From a virus, in the IMG/VR virus record IMGVR_UViG_3300009124_000002, positions 1-64,000 of that record: a stretch of DNA of 64,000 bases, one strand, 5' to 3'. A model generated the notes under the pieces. It made no database searches. It saw nothing but the letters and a program-made list of their open reading frames with translations, and was not told where the DNA came from. Positions 29,612 through 37,877 of the stretch are shown here, one piece after another. The stretch's first letter is position 1, and each line of letters begins with the position of its first letter. The position numbers and the translations under genes were made by a program.

Positions 29612-30349
29612 TCATTTCTCTTCAGCAACCCAAGTGACCTTTTGGGTGTATGTGATGCCACTGATAGTGATGCTAGTCACTTCTTCGGGAAGGCTCAAAA
29701 GGATTTCTGGGTTGTCGTTGGGTTTCGATTTTTCATCCCCATAGACCTGTGCATTATCAGAGACCACTGCATCCCCAGAGACCTTTGCATACCCAGAGAC
29801 CTTTGCATACCCAGAGACTTCTGCATCGCCATAGACCACTGCGTTCCAAGAGACCACTGCATTATGAGAGACCACTGCGTCCTCATAGACCTTTGCATCC
29901 CCAGAGACTTCTGCATTACCATAGACCTGAGCATTATGAAAGACCACTGCATTACCAGATACCCTTGCATTGCCACAAATCTCTGCATTATCAGAGACCC
30001 ATGCATACCCAGAGACCACTGCATCCCCATAGACCTTTGCATCCCCAGAGACCACTGCGTTCCAAGAGACCACTGCATTATGAGAGACCACTGCGTCCTC
30101 ATAGACCTTTGCATCCCCAGAGACCACCGCGTTCCCAGAGACCACTGCATCCCCAGAGACCACTGCATTTCTAAAGACCTTTGCATTCCCAGAGAGCCAG
30201 CAATTGCCTTCCTGATCCAAGTTCTTCTCGGACTCAATGAATCCACCAAGCTCACCCCTCTTGACGTTACTGAAATCCTTCAGGGCACGAATGCGCTTCA
30301 GATTCTTGTTATTCGGGTGAGTTTCGTTTGTGATTTCGTATTTTCTCAT
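29612..30349 (-). CDS. hexapeptide-repeat (left-handed beta-helix) protein, copy 1 (start revised to ATG 30349)
   Basis: MRKYEITNE...RIRALKDF..VK.G.LGG.IESE.NL...G.CW, then (A.V.GD/N) hexapeptides. Confidence 0.82.
   Translation of the reverse strand: MRKYEITNETHPNNKNLKRIRALKDFSNVKRGELGGFIESEKNLDQEGNCWLSGNAKVFRNAVVSGDAVVSGNAVVSGDAKVYEDAVVSHNAVVSWNAVVSGDAKVYGDAVVSGYAWVSDNAEICGNARVSGNAVVFHNAQVYGNAEVSGDAKVYEDAVVSHNAVVSWNAVVYGDAEVSGYAKVSGYAKVSGDAVVSDNAQVYGDEKSKPNDNPEILLSLPEEVTSITISGITYTQKVTWVAEEK
29740..30200. repeat. 18-bp-period coding repeat array, including a 76-bp direct repeat (29833-29908 = 30049-30124)
   Basis: Units such as agagaccactgcatcccc / atagacctttgcatcccc read directly. Confidence 0.85.
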
Positions 30350-30350
30350 A

Positions 30351-30620
30351 TCAGTAAAGTGTATTGACTGGAGACTCATCCTTGATGCAGTTAAGCTGAA
30401 CAGACTCAGCACGAAGTCGATCCTTGAGATTACCGGAGACGAGCTTGGCTAGATCTTCTGGTTCAATCTCATGATCGTCGCAGACCTGCATCAGTGCCTC
30501 CATGTAAGTCAACTTATCTCTCTGGACATGCAGCAGCACTTCACCGATTAGCCTATTTTGATTGATACCGATTTCCATTTCAATATCCAGCTTCGTTTGA
30601 ATTTCTTGTAGATTACGCAT
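30351..30620 (-). CDS. gp33: late transcription co-activator gp33
   Basis: LTYMEAL..VC....IEPED.AKL.S..LK..L..E...LN; position upstream of gp59/gp32. Confidence 0.82.
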   Translation of the reverse strand: MRNLQEIQTKLDIEMEIGINQNRLIGEVLLHVQRDKLTYMEALMQVCDDHEIEPEDLAKLVSGNLKDRLRAESVQLNCIKDESPVNTLY

Positions 30621-31771
30621 TACAGTTTACGGGTTGCCACGACACGGTGCAGGATACAATGTCCATTGATCCGTCCATTGGCTTTCTTTTTCTTTGTGGT
30701 TAGTTTTTCAATGATCTTTTCGATTTGTTTTGGTGTCTTGGTGTTAACCGCAGTAAGGATCTCCTCTGGCTTTCTTAGAGTGATAGTGTAGCTCAAGGCT
30801 TCATCATAGTTCTTCATCGAGGAACCCTTGATAGCGAATCCTTCAGGTGAAGCTGAGTGATAGACGCTCAGTGCCTTGTATCGGGCATTGAAGACGTATA
30901 GGTGTTGTGAGCCAGGGATGGTCACAGGGTTGATTGAACTCAACTTGAAGTGCTTATCCTCCGCTGCGTAAGACAGAGCCTTCACCTGACGATCTGCGCT
31001 CTGAACACGCTTCTTCCGAGGCTTGCGTGCCTTAGTGGGTTTCGCCCATGAATTGACCTGCCTGAACATCCCCTGAAGAGCCTTGATGCGATTCTTGAGT
31101 GCTGACTTTGAGAGATACGAGAATCCCTCTACCAGTTGCTCATCAGACTTGTCATAGGCTTGCCAATACTCATCGTGATACTTCTTGATCCATTCTTGAA
31201 GCGGTCGATGATACTCCTTCTCGACATTGATTTCATTCAATGCCGCAGTGATATCAAATTCACGAATCTTACCAGTAGTCTTCACTGTCCATGAGTCAAT
31301 AAGTGCCTCAAGGTCAGTGATAAGAGACTGGACCTTCTCCCTTGAGCGTTGAGGGATTCTTGCCTTTGCAATCTCGATAGGAGAAGGTCCAGTCTTCTTT
31401 GGTGATGCAGCAACAGGACGAACTTTTCTCAGGAGAAGGTCAATCAACTTCCTGACCTTTTCCTGAACAGGCGCACCTTGTGTTGCCATTCGTGCAAGTC
31501 CCCCAACATGAGAATAAACTTCATCTTGAGGATAGTTGCTAGTCAGGAGAGATGCCTTTTCTGAACCATACTGGGAATCTGAAACCATGTATTCATGAAG
31601 CACATAAAGAAAGTCCGGTTTCTCAAGATAGTAATTGTAGAAACTGAATGCCTTGGCGAGATACAATTCAAGGTCAGTTGTATTGGAGTCCCATACTGGT
31701 TCTTCACCAGTGAATGCGGAATCGATTGCCTTGATTCGACCGTTGCGAAGGAATGCTTTTGTGCGTTTCAT
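30620..31771 (-). CDS. conserved hypothetical protein of T4-like marine phages
   Basis: G.EP.W...AF.FYNY...DEQL.EG.S.L...RKPRKK...V..L.Y...L.SINP..I.G...L.VFN..Y...G.RIN...IL. Confidence 0.75.
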   Translation of the reverse strand: MKRTKAFLRNGRIKAIDSAFTGEEPVWDSNTTDLELYLAKAFSFYNYYLEKPDFLYVLHEYMVSDSQYGSEKASLLTSNYPQDEVYSHVGGLARMATQGAPVQEKVRKLIDLLLRKVRPVAASPKKTGPSPIEIAKARIPQRSREKVQSLITDLEALIDSWTVKTTGKIREFDITAALNEINVEKEYHRPLQEWIKKYHDEYWQAYDKSDEQLVEGFSYLSKSALKNRIKALQGMFRQVNSWAKPTKARKPRKKRVQSADRQVKALSYAAEDKHFKLSSINPVTIPGSQHLYVFNARYKALSVYHSASPEGFAIKGSSMKNYDEALSYTITLRKPEEILTAVNTKTPKQIEKIIEKLTTKKKKANGRINGHCILHRVVATRKL

Positions 31772-31796
31772 AATATAGATGGTATTCTGTTATCTC

Positions 31797-32174
31797 TTAC
31801 CGGGAGGCAGGGAAGAACCAAGATCCCCGTTGCTGGTGACCGCCAGCCTCACGACAGGCATGGTTGACGACCGATTTAGAAACCTTGAAGTTGGTCCCGG
31901 ATCGCCGAAGTTCTTGTTGCACGTTATCTACAGTCGCCGTGGGATCATGAGCGATGATTTTGACGATCGCCGCATCGCGAGCATTCCGATCTGCACCAGT
32001 GAGTCGCGGGACGCCAGCGTTCCTTTTGCGACCATGGGAGATGTGTTTGTTTTTGCTCTTGTGACATGTTGAGCGGTCCGAAGATGTTTCAGGAGCTCGG
32101 TTGGTGGCGAATAGCAAGTCTCGAAGAGTTTTGCGGTCGCCTTCGATTTCCATTCCGTTTACTTTGATCTTCAT
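31797..32174 (-). CDS. hypothetical basic early protein
   Basis: Co-oriented ORF in an early-promoter cassette. Confidence 0.6.
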   Translation of the reverse strand: MKIKVNGMEIEGDRKTLRDLLFATNRAPETSSDRSTCHKSKNKHISHGRKRNAGVPRLTGADRNARDAAIVKIIAHDPTATVDNVQQELRRSGTNFKVSKSVVNHACREAGGHQQRGSWFFPASR

Positions 32175-32200
32175 TTGTTGCTGTGTTTGGTTTGGTTAGA

Positions 32201-32593
32201 TTACAGAGTGGTCCCCATGAGGCTCAGTTCATCAGCGATGTCCGCGTCAGTCGCATAGAAAGTCCCCTCAATAACAGGGTCATTGGTCGTCACAACCTCA
32301 GTTTTCTTGGCTGGTGCCTTCTTGCTCTTGGTCTTCTTGACAACAGGGGCTGCGGCTTTCCGACCACGTTTGCCCGAACCCAGATCGTTCTCAACAGCAG
32401 CGAGCATGACAGCGACATCATACGTCTTGATGCCGACCTTGGCACCAGCAACCTTGAAGACTCGCATGTAGTCTTTCTTGTCGACTCCAGCTGCAGCAGC
32501 TTGCTTCTTGAATTCGATGGGTGGGCAGATCGTAGGAGTATTGAAGGACTTCAGGATCTTGGCGAGTTTTGTATTGGCTTCAGTCAGTTTCAT
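32201..32593 (-). CDS. hypothetical Lys/Ala-rich early protein
   Basis: Directly behind a sigma70-like promoter with an A-rich leader; codon choice looks like a highly expressed gene. Confidence 0.7.
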   Translation of the reverse strand: MKLTEANTKLAKILKSFNTPTICPPIEFKKQAAAAGVDKKDYMRVFKVAGAKVGIKTYDVAVMLAAVENDLGSGKRGRKAAAPVVKKTKSKKAPAKKTEVVTTNDPVIEGTFYATDADIADELSLMGTTL

Positions 32594-32632
32594 AGTATTT
32601 GTTTTGTTTGTGTGTTTCTATTTACGAGAGAG

Positions 32633-32660
32633 ATTCTAAGGCAGAGTGGAAAAAAGACAA
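32633..32660 (-). promoter_or_regulatory. sigma70-type early promoter TTGTCT-16-TAGAAT with upstream A-tract
   Basis: Hexamers read directly; leader similar to those at 47272 and 47566. Confidence 0.6.
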
Positions 32661-32678
32661 GGCTTTTTTTGATAAAAA

Positions 32679-33110
32679 TTACAGCTTGAAAAAACGGTGA
32701 TTTCCGATGATTTTCACCGCCTTTTTGCCCTTGCTCCAGTATGGTTTCACTGAGTGGGTGTGATAGTGATTGGCGTATCCCACATAGGAACGGTCAAGGT
32801 TCATGATGTTCTCGGCGAGCATCTTGGCATACTTTGCTTGGGGGAGATTCAAGAGGCGACCAAGCTTTCCCTTCTGGGGATCATTGGGATTCCAGCAGGA
32901 GAACTGCCACTTCTGTGTGCAAACCTTAGCGGCACTGATCTTTCGCTCAATCGCTCTTTGAGAGATAACACAAGCGACGGCATACATACCGGATTCACCC
33001 TCTCCACGCGCTTCAGCAAGAATGGTGATTGCCACCGTCTCTTCAGGAGTGAAGGCATGAGATTGAAAAGCGGGAAACAACAGGACGAGGGCGAGGAGGT
33101 GTTTTTTCAT
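32679..33110 (-). CDS. SleB-like cell wall hydrolase (Hydrolase_2) with signal peptide (start revised to ATG 33110)
   Basis: TILAEARGE...GM.AVA.VI..R...VC....QFSCWN...ANHYH...V.PYW...IG.HRFF. Confidence 0.88.
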   Translation of the reverse strand: MKKHLLALVLLFPAFQSHAFTPEETVAITILAEARGEGESGMYAVACVISQRAIERKISAAKVCTQKWQFSCWNPNDPQKGKLGRLLNLPQAKYAKMLAENIMNLDRSYVGYANHYHTHSVKPYWSKGKKAVKIIGNHRFFKL

Positions 33111-33153
33111 GTTTAGCATTACAGTAAAAGAGTAATCTACTTTTGTATTCCTG

Positions 33154-33342
33154 TCAAGACTCAATCGCTTCATAGCGATGAAAGATTTCGCGAGCAGCAG
33201 CCCACGCTTCGTCGTAGGTAGGGAACGTGGCGGACAGAAGTCCGGTGACGAGATTGAAGACGAGGAACGAGTCGCCGTCCTGCTCGATCTCCGCATAGGG
33301 AGAAATTGAAGTATTGAAGTAAGTTATCGTATGCTTAACCAT
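33154..33342 (-). CDS. hypothetical early protein
   Basis: ORF starts 6 nt after the -10 box of a repeated early promoter. Confidence 0.6.
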   Translation of the reverse strand: MVKHTITYFNTSISPYAEIEQDGDSFLVFNLVTGLLSATFPTYDEAWAAAREIFHRYEAIES

Positions 33343-33348
33343 GAGAAC

Positions 33349-33397
33349 ATATTAGTTCAAAGTCCCGTATCCGACAACCCCTAAAAGCACTTTTTTT
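33349..33397 (-). promoter_or_regulatory. early promoter TTGTCG-17-TAATAT with UP-like tract; 33369-33397 is identical to 47609-47637
   Basis: 29-bp exact repeat atccgacaacccctaaaagcacttttttt. Confidence 0.75.
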
Positions 33398-33411
33398 GAA
33401 CTTTTTTTACC

Positions 33412-34182
33412 CTAAAAACTACCGTTTTTAACGATAAAGTGGACGGATTTCAGGATTTCTTCAAATTTATCCAAAAAAATCATGTTTGGACCGTCTGAAG
33501 GAGCCTCATTGGGGGCTGGGTGAACCTCGAAAAAGAAGTCAGTCACCCCAACTGCTGCTGCTGCCCTTGCCATTCCCGGTGCATACTCGCGATTCCCTGA
33601 ACTAGTGGTTCCATTGCCACCCGGTTTCTGAACACTGTGAGTTGCATCAAAGACGATTGGACAATCGTAGTTCTGAAGCATGTATTGAATGCCAGCGTAA
33701 TCCACCACCAGATTGTTGTATCCAAACGAAGAGCCTCTTTCAGTAATCCAAACCTCCTTTGCAATCTTTGTCTTGGTGAGGATACCGCGAACATCTTGTG
33801 GTGAGAGAAATTGTCCCTTCTTGATGTTCACGATCTTCTGACTCCATGATGCCTCAACAATCAAGTCAGTCTGTCGGCAAAGGAAAGCAGGAATCTGAAT
33901 TACATCTACCACAGAACTCGCTACCAGACGAGACTCTTCAATACTATGAACATCAGTGAGTATCTTGACGCCAAGTTCTTTTTTGATTTCACCAAAGTCA
34001 CTCAGAGTCTTTTTGATGCCAACTCCCCTTGGTGAATCAAGACTGGTTCTGTTTGCCTTGTCATAGCTTGCCTTGAAGAAGTAATCGCAATCAAACTTTT
34101 CGCATATGCGTTTGCACTCCTCTGCAATCTCAAGACTCATCTCCAGAGTCTCGTGCTGACATGGTCCGGCAATGACTCGCAT
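33412..34182 (-). CDS. kdsA: 3-deoxy-8-phosphooctulonate (KDO8P) synthase
   Basis: IAGPC...FKASYDKANRTS..S.RG...TDVH...QIPAFLCRQTDL...N.KKGQFLSP...ERGSSFGYNNLVVD...DATHSVQ.PG...EVHP.P..A.SDG. Confidence 0.95.
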   Translation of the reverse strand: MRVIAGPCQHETLEMSLEIAEECKRICEKFDCDYFFKASYDKANRTSLDSPRGVGIKKTLSDFGEIKKELGVKILTDVHSIEESRLVASSVVDVIQIPAFLCRQTDLIVEASWSQKIVNIKKGQFLSPQDVRGILTKTKIAKEVWITERGSSFGYNNLVVDYAGIQYMLQNYDCPIVFDATHSVQKPGGNGTTSSGNREYAPGMARAAAAVGVTDFFFEVHPAPNEAPSDGPNMIFLDKFEEILKSVHFIVKNGSF

Positions 34183-34433
34183 CAAGATACAATTCCCTGA
34201 AGGTGCTTACGAAACTGCTGAATCTTCTCCTTGCGATCTGCCCAATAGATGTAAGGCTTCGTGGGATTCTTTTCAAGATTCGCCAAGAGTGGCAGTATTG
34301 CCTTATGGAGTTTCTCAAGTTTCTCTTTAGTCTCTTGAAGTTCATCAGCAGTCTGGGATGCGCTTTGGACTATATCCAATTCATCCTCATCCATTGCCGT
34401 GAAACCGAAATCAAAAAAGTCTTTGTCTGACAT
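34182..34433 (-). CDS. conserved hypothetical phage protein
   Basis: FDFGFTA.DEDEL...L..AI.PLL.NL..NP.K.YIYW..R. Confidence 0.7.
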   Translation of the reverse strand: MSDKDFFDFGFTAMDEDELDIVQSASQTADELQETKEKLEKLHKAILPLLANLEKNPTKPYIYWADRKEKIQQFRKHLQGIVS

Positions 34434-34434
34434 A

Positions 34435-34989
34435 TTACGCTACCTTTTCTACTTTAATATCATCATGGTGAAGGAAGATCGACTTCCCTTTGGATTTGAA
34501 TTTATGAGTTATCTTGGCAAACGTATGAACCCAACTTTTCAACATCTTCTGCCTTGGGTTCGAACCATCAATCTTACCCTTTGAATCTGATTCAACTGTC
34601 CCGTGAGTCAGAGAATCAAAACCCCAAAGGTGAAGTTCAGTGTAATTCTCTTCAGCATGTCCTAGAAGGTAGATGATTCCATCGTGCCCAGAGTTTCTTG
34701 TTCGAACCGAATCAGGAATCCATCGTAAGGTCGATTTATCAATCAATCCTTTTATCACCAAAGGTTTCACCATTGCTTCATATTTGATTCTTGCAATGAG
34801 AGGATCTTGAAGTTTGGTGTTATGATTCTGCATGTGCCTAAGAGGTCTCTTGTCATGTATGAATACACCCTTGTGCTTTATACCCTCTGTCCCAAAGTTG
34901 CAACCATACACATCACCAACAGGCTCATTCCGAAAGAACTTCTTGGAAGGACCATTACCAATCAAATGTGCGATTCTTTTTTCTGGCAT
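34435..34989 (-). CDS. GNGPS-motif nucleotide-sugar transferase-like protein (Maf/GT42/GT29-type fold)
   Basis: IAHLIGNGPS...VYGCN...NSG...LHLWGFD. Confidence 0.5.
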   Translation of the reverse strand: MPEKRIAHLIGNGPSKKFFRNEPVGDVYGCNFGTEGIKHKGVFIHDKRPLRHMQNHNTKLQDPLIARIKYEAMVKPLVIKGLIDKSTLRWIPDSVRTRNSGHDGIIYLLGHAEENYTELHLWGFDSLTHGTVESDSKGKIDGSNPRQKMLKSWVHTFAKITHKFKSKGKSIFLHHDDIKVEKVA

Positions 34990-35062
34990 AAATAAAGAAG
35001 TATTTATTATGTATATAGTGATGTCATGACTACACTAACAATACAAACGAAAGCAAAGTAAT

Positions 35063-35296
35063 ATGGAAACTGTAATTCAATTCTTGACTGAAAAGGGGTG
35101 GTTTGAATATGTCACCGCTGCCGTCACGATTGCTTCCGTTATCGCCAGTGTCACACCTACACCAAAGGAAGGCACTATCTGGGCAAAGGTCTACAAGGGT
35201 ATTGACTGGTTGGCGATTAACGTAGGTAAAGCCAAGGAAACCGGAGTAAAGCCCGTTGAGGCTCCTGCTCCAAAGGAAAAGAAGAAGAAGGGTTGA
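35063..35296 (+). CDS. small membrane protein, holin candidate
   Basis: VT.AVTIAS.IAS.TPTPK....AK.YK.IDWLA.NVGKAK, basic C-tail; the only + strand gene in a long minus-strand block. Confidence 0.55.
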   Translation: METVIQFLTEKGWFEYVTAAVTIASVIASVTPTPKEGTIWAKVYKGIDWLAINVGKAKETGVKPVEAPAPKEKKKKG

Positions 35297-35632
35297 TTAC
35301 TTCTTCTTCTTAGGGGATAATTCCGCACTGCTTTTAGTGGTGCGGAATTTTTCATATTCTTGCTGATACACCGGAAACAGTAGATTCTCCAATGCTCTGA
35401 CGATTGCCTCTTCTTTCTGATCGTCATCAATCATGTATGCAATACCACTCATATCAAAAGCAGCATGAATACATTCATGCATCAGAGTATCAAATGCTTG
35501 TTCATCAGTCAGAGTATTGCGAATCTTGATTACCTTGTCTTCCAACTCATACAAACCATACTCACTTATCTTGCAGTATTTGATTTGAAAATCGACACCA
35601 GCAACAGATATTGATGATGGTCGGTATTTCAC
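35297..35632 (-). CDS. HEXXH zinc metallopeptidase-like protein
   Basis: DTLMHECIHA...EEAIV. Confidence 0.65.
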   Translation of the reverse strand: MKYRPSSISVAGVDFQIKYCKISEYGLYELEDKVIKIRNTLTDEQAFDTLMHECIHAAFDMSGIAYMIDDDQKEEAIVRALENLLFPVYQQEYEKFRTTKSSAELSPKKKK

Positions 35633-35868
35633 TTGTTGTAAACCTTCCGCTCAAGTTGGCGAAAGCGTTTATCAGAATGCCAGATTTCATCGGTCTGTGC
35701 TTGGTAGATTCCCTCCACTGTCTGAACCTTTGTCCCCGCCTTGAGATGCAACGTAGGTGGCTGCCAAAGATTCAAATTGTTCACGTTCGGTGAGGAGTTG
35801 GTCGCGCAGGAGGTCAGCACGAAGGGCATCATTGCTGTTGCCAGAAGAACGGTATTTTTCAATTTCAT
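35629..35868 (-). CDS. lipoprotein, o-spanin (Rz1-like) candidate
   Basis: MKLKNTVLLATAMMPFVLTSC lipobox; overlaps the next gene in another frame. Confidence 0.5.
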   Translation of the reverse strand: MKLKNTVLLATAMMPFVLTSCATNSSPNVNNLNLWQPPTLHLKAGTKVQTVEGIYQAQTDEIWHSDKRFRQLERKVYNK

Positions 35869-35989
35869 TAATGAGTCCTTTCTCTCTTTCACGGTGGTCG
35901 TCGATTAAATCCCGATAGAAAGCCTTGTTCTTGAACGCAAGGTAGAGTTCAAGTGATTTCAAGACTGATTTGATAAGTCCGAATATCAT
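35687..35989 (-). CDS. i-spanin (Rz-like) candidate
   Basis: N-terminal hydrophobic/amphipathic helix plus coiled coil; overlaps the lipoprotein gene. Confidence 0.45.
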   Translation of the reverse strand: MIFGLIKSVLKSLELYLAFKNKAFYRDLIDDHREREKGLINEIEKYRSSGNSNDALRADLLRDQLLTEREQFESLAATYVASQGGDKGSDSGGNLPSTDR

Positions 35990-35995
35990 ATGGTT

Positions 35996-36346
35996 TTATT
36001 TAGTTAGACCCCAAGCGTAAACCCTGTTGTCGTGAATCTCTACTCTTTCTGCCCCGGTAACTGGAGTCTTGTCTGATAAGACAAAAGAGTCATACTTGTA
36101 TGGGTCGTAGAATACTCTTCTGCCCAGATAGCGAAGGCATTCCATATCGATGTCTTCTTTCAATTCACCACGAACATATGCATGGACATTCTTACGCTTC
36201 TCCTGAAGAACCCTTTCCCTGCCTCTTTGTGAGACAATGAATTTTGCTCCTTCGATTATCACTGAATCGCAATGACGAATCACCTTTCCCTTATGCCTCA
36301 CTGAGAGACATTTCTTGTGGAGGTTATAGTAGACATCGACCTTCAT
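35996..36346 (-). CDS. conserved hypothetical phage protein
   Basis: VYYNLHKK.LSV...G.VI.H...F.V...GRERVL.EKRKNVHAYV.G...Y.PYK. Confidence 0.75.
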   Translation of the reverse strand: MKVDVYYNLHKKCLSVRHKGKVIRHCDSVIIEGAKFIVSQRGRERVLQEKRKNVHAYVRGELKEDIDMECLRYLGRRVFYDPYKYDSFVLSDKTPVTGAERVEIHDNRVYAWGLTK

Positions 36347-36912
36347 CGTATGGTTTTATTTATCCTATCCACGGCTCCACCTATAGCATAAAGAACACTA
36401 TCGAATCCACCTGACCCAAGCCCACCAAGAGTAGCTTGATTCCAAGGTTGCGGAAAGTTAACACCAATCCCACCATGTTCATAGAACTTTTCAATCTTAG
36501 CATCTGTATCATCAATCAGAATGGTCTGAGGATTGGCACAAAAATACTTTTCCTTTGTGAAGATTCGTTTCACCTTGGGAAAGTAACGGTCAAGCCACAT
36601 ACTCTTTCCAACAATGCAAAGGGGATTTCTTGATGGTGCAGTGCAGAATGCCATGTTCTCAATACCCACAAGATTCTCACAGTGCTCAATGAGTTCATCT
36701 GCCCATTCAAACTTATCGAGTCCATCCCAGAACTCTACGTTATCAGTGACCTTCCAGAATTCATCTGGAGTAATGTTCCATGCCTCTTCAATCTGGTATC
36801 CAGTGAATCCCTTCTCATAGGGATTCTCTCTATTGTGTGCCTTGCAGATTCCACCAACGAAATCAGCAACCACACCATCCATGTCAATGAGTATTTTCGC
36901 TTTGTTTTTCAT
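36343..36912 (-). CDS. 5'(3')-deoxyribonucleotidase (HAD family)
   Basis: IDMDGVVADF...TAP...K..WL...LIDD. Confidence 0.82.
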   Translation of the reverse strand: MKNKAKILIDMDGVVADFVGGICKAHNRENPYEKGFTGYQIEEAWNITPDEFWKVTDNVEFWDGLDKFEWADELIEHCENLVGIENMAFCTAPSRNPLCIVGKSMWLDRYFPKVKRIFTKEKYFCANPQTILIDDTDAKIEKFYEHGGIGVNFPQPWNQATLGGLGSGGFDSVLYAIGGAVDRINKTIR

Positions 36913-36914
36913 AA

Positions 36915-37496
36915 TCAGTTAAACATAAAGTGTTCCCATTCATCTCGGCAATCAATGCCAAGTCTTTGTAGTCTAAAGTTCAAATCCACTAGTGTTCTGG
37001 CACGAACCTCTTTACCCAGAGCATTCATGAAGGGATACTTGTGCCCCTTGTCCCGATTGCATCGTTTACATGCCAGAACCAAATTAAAGTCATCATTTGA
37101 ACCACCCTTGCACTTTGGATATGCATGGTCCTTTGTTGCCTGATCAAAGGGAATCTTCTTCAGGCAATACTGACAGACTGCATCATACAAGACATAGAGT
37201 TGCTTTCTTGTCGGCTGAGTGTTCTTCTTGAACTGAGGCATCTTGCTGTATGAAGGTATCAGAAGAATTGTGGGGACATACCAATTGTGCCGTACGGAAC
37301 TCATGTAGGGTTGGTCATCATGCATATTCAGAGAATGATTCCAGTCATCCCACTGGAGTGCATTGAAATCTTTATCCATACCTTTGCCACTAAACTTCAT
37401 CATATGCCGTATCACATTTCGTGCTGTAAAGAATCCTATTGGTGCATAGGTTGAATTCAGAACAAGGGTTGTCTTTCGATGTGGTTCAACTTTCAC
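36915..37496 (-). CDS. HNH endonuclease (McrA-like)
   Basis: TLVLN.TY.PI...P.I....CQYC....TKDH..P...GG.....NLVLAC..CN..K. Confidence 0.85.
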   Translation of the reverse strand: MKVEPHRKTTLVLNSTYAPIGFFTARNVIRHMMKFSGKGMDKDFNALQWDDWNHSLNMHDDQPYMSSVRHNWYVPTILLIPSYSKMPQFKKNTQPTRKQLYVLYDAVCQYCLKKIPFDQATKDHAYPKCKGGSNDDFNLVLACKRCNRDKGHKYPFMNALGKEVRARTLVDLNFRLQRLGIDCRDEWEHFMFN

Positions 37497-37590
37497 AAAT
37501 TATATATGAAAGATGCGAACAGAAAAAGGATAAAGACAATACCAAGAATGTCATCAATGTCTCTCGTTTCTTCTTGTGTGTGCTTGTTTT

Positions 37591-37755
37591 TCATTTTTTG
37601 ATTGATGCAAGAACCAATCCAATGTTTGCCATGGCATAAGACATCCAGACTATAGACCAAGGATAGTTCTTCTTTATGAGATAATATATTCCTGTTAATG
37701 CATACACAACAGCGACCGATCCGGGGAGGTAAATTGTAAACAGTTTATCAGTCAT
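37591..37755 (-). CDS. small two-helix membrane protein (MTDKLFTIYLPGSVAVVYALTGIYY...)
   Basis: 54-aa ORF, translationally coupled to a 33-aa ORF (37493-37594) and then to the HNH gene. Confidence 0.5.
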   Translation of the reverse strand: MTDKLFTIYLPGSVAVVYALTGIYYLIKKNYPWSIVWMSYAMANIGLVLASIKK

Positions 37756-37763
37756 AAAGTATA

Positions 37764-37840
<77 letters not shown>

Positions 37841-37877
37841 TTTGTTTATTCTATTATAGTGGATTTAATTTTTGAAA

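Noticed and set aside
29642-30367. Long alternative-frame ORFs (RDHCIP, MQWSLG, QRPLH repeats), here and at 46362-47370
   Set aside because: Shadows of the stop-free 18-bp repeat; only the minus-strand frame has conserved N- and C-caps and a promoter/start context
36915-37496. HNH (and GIY-YIG at 50978-51424) as intron-encoded homing endonucleases
   Set aside because: Both are free-standing, tightly packed with their neighbours, and interrupt no gene
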